Assembly: GCA_963422615.1 (NCBI GenBank)
Contig: OY730414.1
Location: 1,596,302-1,660,301 of the forward strand
Length of the DNA: 64,000 bases
Reading direction: 5' to 3'
From: Longimicrobiales bacterium
GTDB lineage: Bacteria > Gemmatimonadota > Gemmatimonadetes > Longimicrobiales > Gaopeijiaceae
Numbering within the stretch: position 1 is the stretch's first letter; every line of letters starts with the position of its first letter. Shown here piece after piece: positions 61,362-64,000 of the stretch. The position numbers and the translations under genes are program-made. Under the pieces are notes generated by a model. The model searched no databases and was not told the DNA's origin. It saw only the letters and a list, made by a program, of their open reading frames with translations.

Positions 61362-62221
61362 ATGAAAAAATCTGCCGACCGCATCTTGGCTCAATATGTC
61401 GTTGAAAAGGAACTGGCAAAGCGACTTAGGGATGCGACCAAAGAGGAACGGCGGTTTCTCTATTCCGCTGTGTATGATGAACTATTCACCCGTGTTCCCG
61501 ATCATAACCAGATCCTGGAAAATCAGAACCCGGATATCGCGCGCAGACGTACGTCCAGACAAATGAGTTTACTAAAACCCATGCTCGATCCGGAGATGAC
61601 CATTTTGGAGATCGGGGCGGGTGGGTGCCATCTAATCCGACGGTTGGAAAAGCGCGTAAGAAAGATCTACGCCATCGATGTGAGCAGGATCATATGCCCG
61701 CGCCCTGCCGGGGGGGGGGGGGGGGGGGGAGAGAGAGAAAAAAAATCATAATCTCGGATGGCGTCAGTATTCCAGTTCCGCCGTGCACAGTTGATCTTGC
61801 GTTTAGCGATCAAACGATGGAGCACTTGCATCCAGACGACGCCTTGGATCATCTCCGCAATGTGTACGATACACTCAAGCCGGGTGGGCATTATTTATGT
61901 AGCACCCCGAACAGGCTCTGCGGCCCTCGCGATATTTCACGATACTTCGACGACACGGCAACCGGGCTGCACTTGAAGGAATATACCTATGAAGAGTTGG
62001 AGACGATGTTTCGCAGAGCCGGTTTCCGAAAGTTTCGCGCCCTGATTGGGGTAAGCAGAGTCATTTTTCGTTGCCGGACGGGGTGGTTGCGAAGTTTGGA
62101 ACGCGCAATTGGTGCTTTGCCCTTTCAGGTCGGAAAGTGGATTGCGCGTCCGCGCTACTTCCTGATCGGACCACTGCTTTTGAATATCCGACTGGTTGCC
62201 GAAAAAGGATCCTCCCCCTAA
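61362..62221 (+). pseudogene. Class I SAM-dependent methyltransferase split by a poly-G tract (phase-off or sequencing artefact)
   Basis: 5' frame: ILEIGAGGC motif I, YAIDVS; 3' frame: IISDG, DLAFS..MEHLH, LKPGG, TPN, HLKEYT; frames meet at G20. Confidence 0.8.
61710..61745 (+). repeat. G20 homopolymer followed by (AG)4 and A8
   Basis: Read directly from sequence: G at 61710-61729, A-run at 61738-61745. Confidence 0.95.
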
Positions 62222-62341
62222 TGGGGCGGCGCTGGAGCGCCGCCAATCGCTCTCGGACCTCCGGGTAGATCGAATATCGGGAAGAGCCGAGCTTCGATGC
62301 TCTCGATAACTTCCAAAACGGTTAAGCCATTCAGTGTTTCG

Positions 62342-62437
62342 GCCGGCGATGATGTTGTCGGCCGCCTCGTCGTCGCCCTTGAGCAGCACGTCGGCCGTGC
62401 AGATGGTGTAGGGGCCCACTTCTGTCAACTCCTGTCG
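62342..62437 (-). pseudogene. Short relic resembling type I R-M methyltransferase (HsdM)
   Basis: RQELTEVGPYTICTADVLLKGDDEAADNIIAG resembles the HsdM segment GQE..ETYAICKAD.L.KG....DNI as recalled; no search run. Confidence 0.5.
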
Positions 62438-62552
62438 GGAAGTTGCACCAAGACAATCTAGTTGATATTGTTGCATTTGAATCGATCGGAGCTACTTCAA
62501 CAGCCAGCGGAGCACCTCCGGAACGGCGAGGACAAGAAGAGTGGACGGAGAA

Positions 62553-64000
62553 ATGATCACGACAGCCAGCACAGGGAAGCCTTCCAGGACATCGCGATTC
62601 GGTTGGCCGTTCTTTCGCCGCAACCGGCTACCGAAGGGACAAGAATCGGATGAAGGCACCTCGGAGGAGGGGAATGAAAGGGCCGCCACTGCCTCCTCGG
62701 ATCGGCCCCCGCAATCCTCGGCCAACGGTCAATTGTCGGTTGCGTTTGGGAGCCCCGAAGGCCGAAGCGCAGATCCCGTAGACCGGCCAGATTGGGACGG
62801 GCGACCGCCCACCGAACATCAGCGCCGTAACATCCGGGTGCTGGGTGGCAACCCGGCGGACGTACGGACGAAACAGGAAGCCAGCGATCTCATTGACCGT
62901 CTGCGTCGTCTGCAGGGTCCTTCACCCCTTGATCCGTACAAACTGGAGAAGCGGGGGAAAGAAGCCGGCGGCGAAGCGGGGTCGGATTGGAAGTCGGCTC
63001 ACGATAGTCTTCTGGCTGGCCTGCGCCTTGACCTGCAGCAGTACATCAACGCCACATTGGACAGCCTCAGGTCAATGCTCAGTGAGTCGTGTGGGTCCAA
63101 AGGGGGCAGACTCTTCCAGCCTCAGAGGTTGGTTCGAGAGGCAGAGGTACAGCTTGAGCGCCTCCGGGTGTGGCGGCGCAGCGGGCTGCAAGCGGGGGTT
63201 CCGATGCCGGAGATCCGCCCGCCGCCACCGGAAGGCGTAACCCAGGGTGTGAGTGGGGGCGGGGGAAGTGTCTCCGAGCGCGGGGATCCTGAGGAGTCTG
63301 CCGTCCCCACGGCACGGGAGGGGCCCTCGGGGTGGTGGTTGATAGCTACCTGTTCGGTAATTGTAATCTTGGAGTCGCTTCTCAACGTCTCACTTCTCAT
63401 GAACGCGTTGGAGACTGGGATACTGGGGGCAATTTTGCTGGCTTTTCTGGTATCTGGGATCAACGTCGGCGGGCTAGGGATCGGCGGCGGTTTGCTGTTT
63501 TCTCTGCTTCGAAGGCAGCCTTGGGCCAAGGGTCTTGTGCAGGGAGCGTTTTTTTCTGGGTGGCTGGTCGTCGCGATGGGGTTCAGCCTCATCGCCGGCC
63601 GTCACAGGGAGGCGTATTCGCGCATTGTTGAAGCCGTAAGACTCGATCCGACCGGGGCGCGTCCGTCCCCGCAGGAACTGATGCCCGGGATCGCTTTCAA
63701 TCCCCTGACGTGGGACTTCCAGGCCCTGCTGTTCGCCTTGTTGGGCCTGATTCTGTGTGCCGTGGGCTTCGCCAAGGGCTTTACGTTCATCAAGGCGGGA
63801 AAACCCGGTGCGGCGGATGCGAATAGGACGGATGCGAATACCTTGGGGGATGGGGACACGCTCGGGCAAAATGGCCGCGCCGGCGCCGGATCAAACCGTC
63901 ACGCCGGAACGGACCGTCACATCGTCACGGCCTACGAAGAAGTGCTCAATCAATTCCAAGTCGGCGTCAGTGCCCTGCGCTCCGAAGCGGCGGAATGGTA
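62553..64000 (+). CDS. Uncharacterised membrane protein with ~4 TM helices (partial, runs off window)
   Basis: Not in ORF track (no stop); manual translation open from ATG 62553 (MITTASTGK...) to the end; hydrophobic helices at ~63335-63790. Confidence 0.75.
   Translation, partial: MITTASTGKPSRTSRFGWPFFRRNRLPKGQESDEGTSEEGNERAATASSDRPPQSSANGQLSVAFGSPEGRSADPVDRPDWDGRPPTEHQRRNIRVLGGNPADVRTKQEASDLIDRLRRLQGPSPLDPYKLEKRGKEAGGEAGSDWKSAHDSLLAGLRLDLQQYINATLDSLRSMLSESCGSKGGRLFQPQRLVREAEVQLERLRVWRRSGLQAGVPMPEIRPPPPEGVTQGVSGGGGSVSERGDPEESAVPTAREGPSGWWLIATCSVIVILESLLNVSLLMNALETGILGAILLAFLVSGINVGGLGIGGGLLFSLLRRQPWAKGLVQGAFFSGWLVVAMGFSLIAGRHREAYSRIVEAVRLDPTGARPSPQELMPGIAFNPLTWDFQALLFALLGLILCAVGFAKGFTFIKAGKPGAADANRTDANTLGDGDTLGQNGRAGAGSNRHAGTDRHIVTAYEEVLNQFQVGVSALRSEAAEW

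Noticed and set aside
61159..62552. Integrase, tRNA attachment site or IS ends at the accessory boundary
   Set aside because: None recognisable by eye; island status rests only on composition and gene relics.

Overview
GC-rich bacterial chromosomal segment, almost all core housekeeping genes. Gene order (rplM-rpsI-rpsB-tsf-pyrH-frr-uppS-cdsA-dxr-rseP; murA-rimP-nusA-infB-DUF503-rbfA-truB-ribF-rpsO-pnp-M16 peptidase-ald/dut-mreBCD-mrdA-rodA-accD-folC-hisS-proS-lysA-guaA; OPT transporter; clpB; mce; trxA) suggests the FCB group, most likely Gemmatimonadota (inference, no search run). I saw no tRNA, rRNA, CRISPR array or intact mobile element. Most notable: (1) an in-frame alanine dehydrogenase-dUTPase fusion with both motif sets intact; (2) an accessory region after trxA with a SAM methyltransferase split at a G20 tract, an hsdM-like relic and a 4-TM protein running off the window; (3) a ~165-nt rod-shaped candidate ncRNA between ribF and rpsO; (4) two genes (thpR, pyrH) that appear to start at CTG within CTGA stop/start overlaps; (5) a duplicated GCCA-N3-TGGC operator-like palindrome before clpB; (6) an M16 peptidase frameshifted at a C5 run. 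No complete novel multi-gene system is demonstrable inside the window. The right-end region is the likeliest edge of one.
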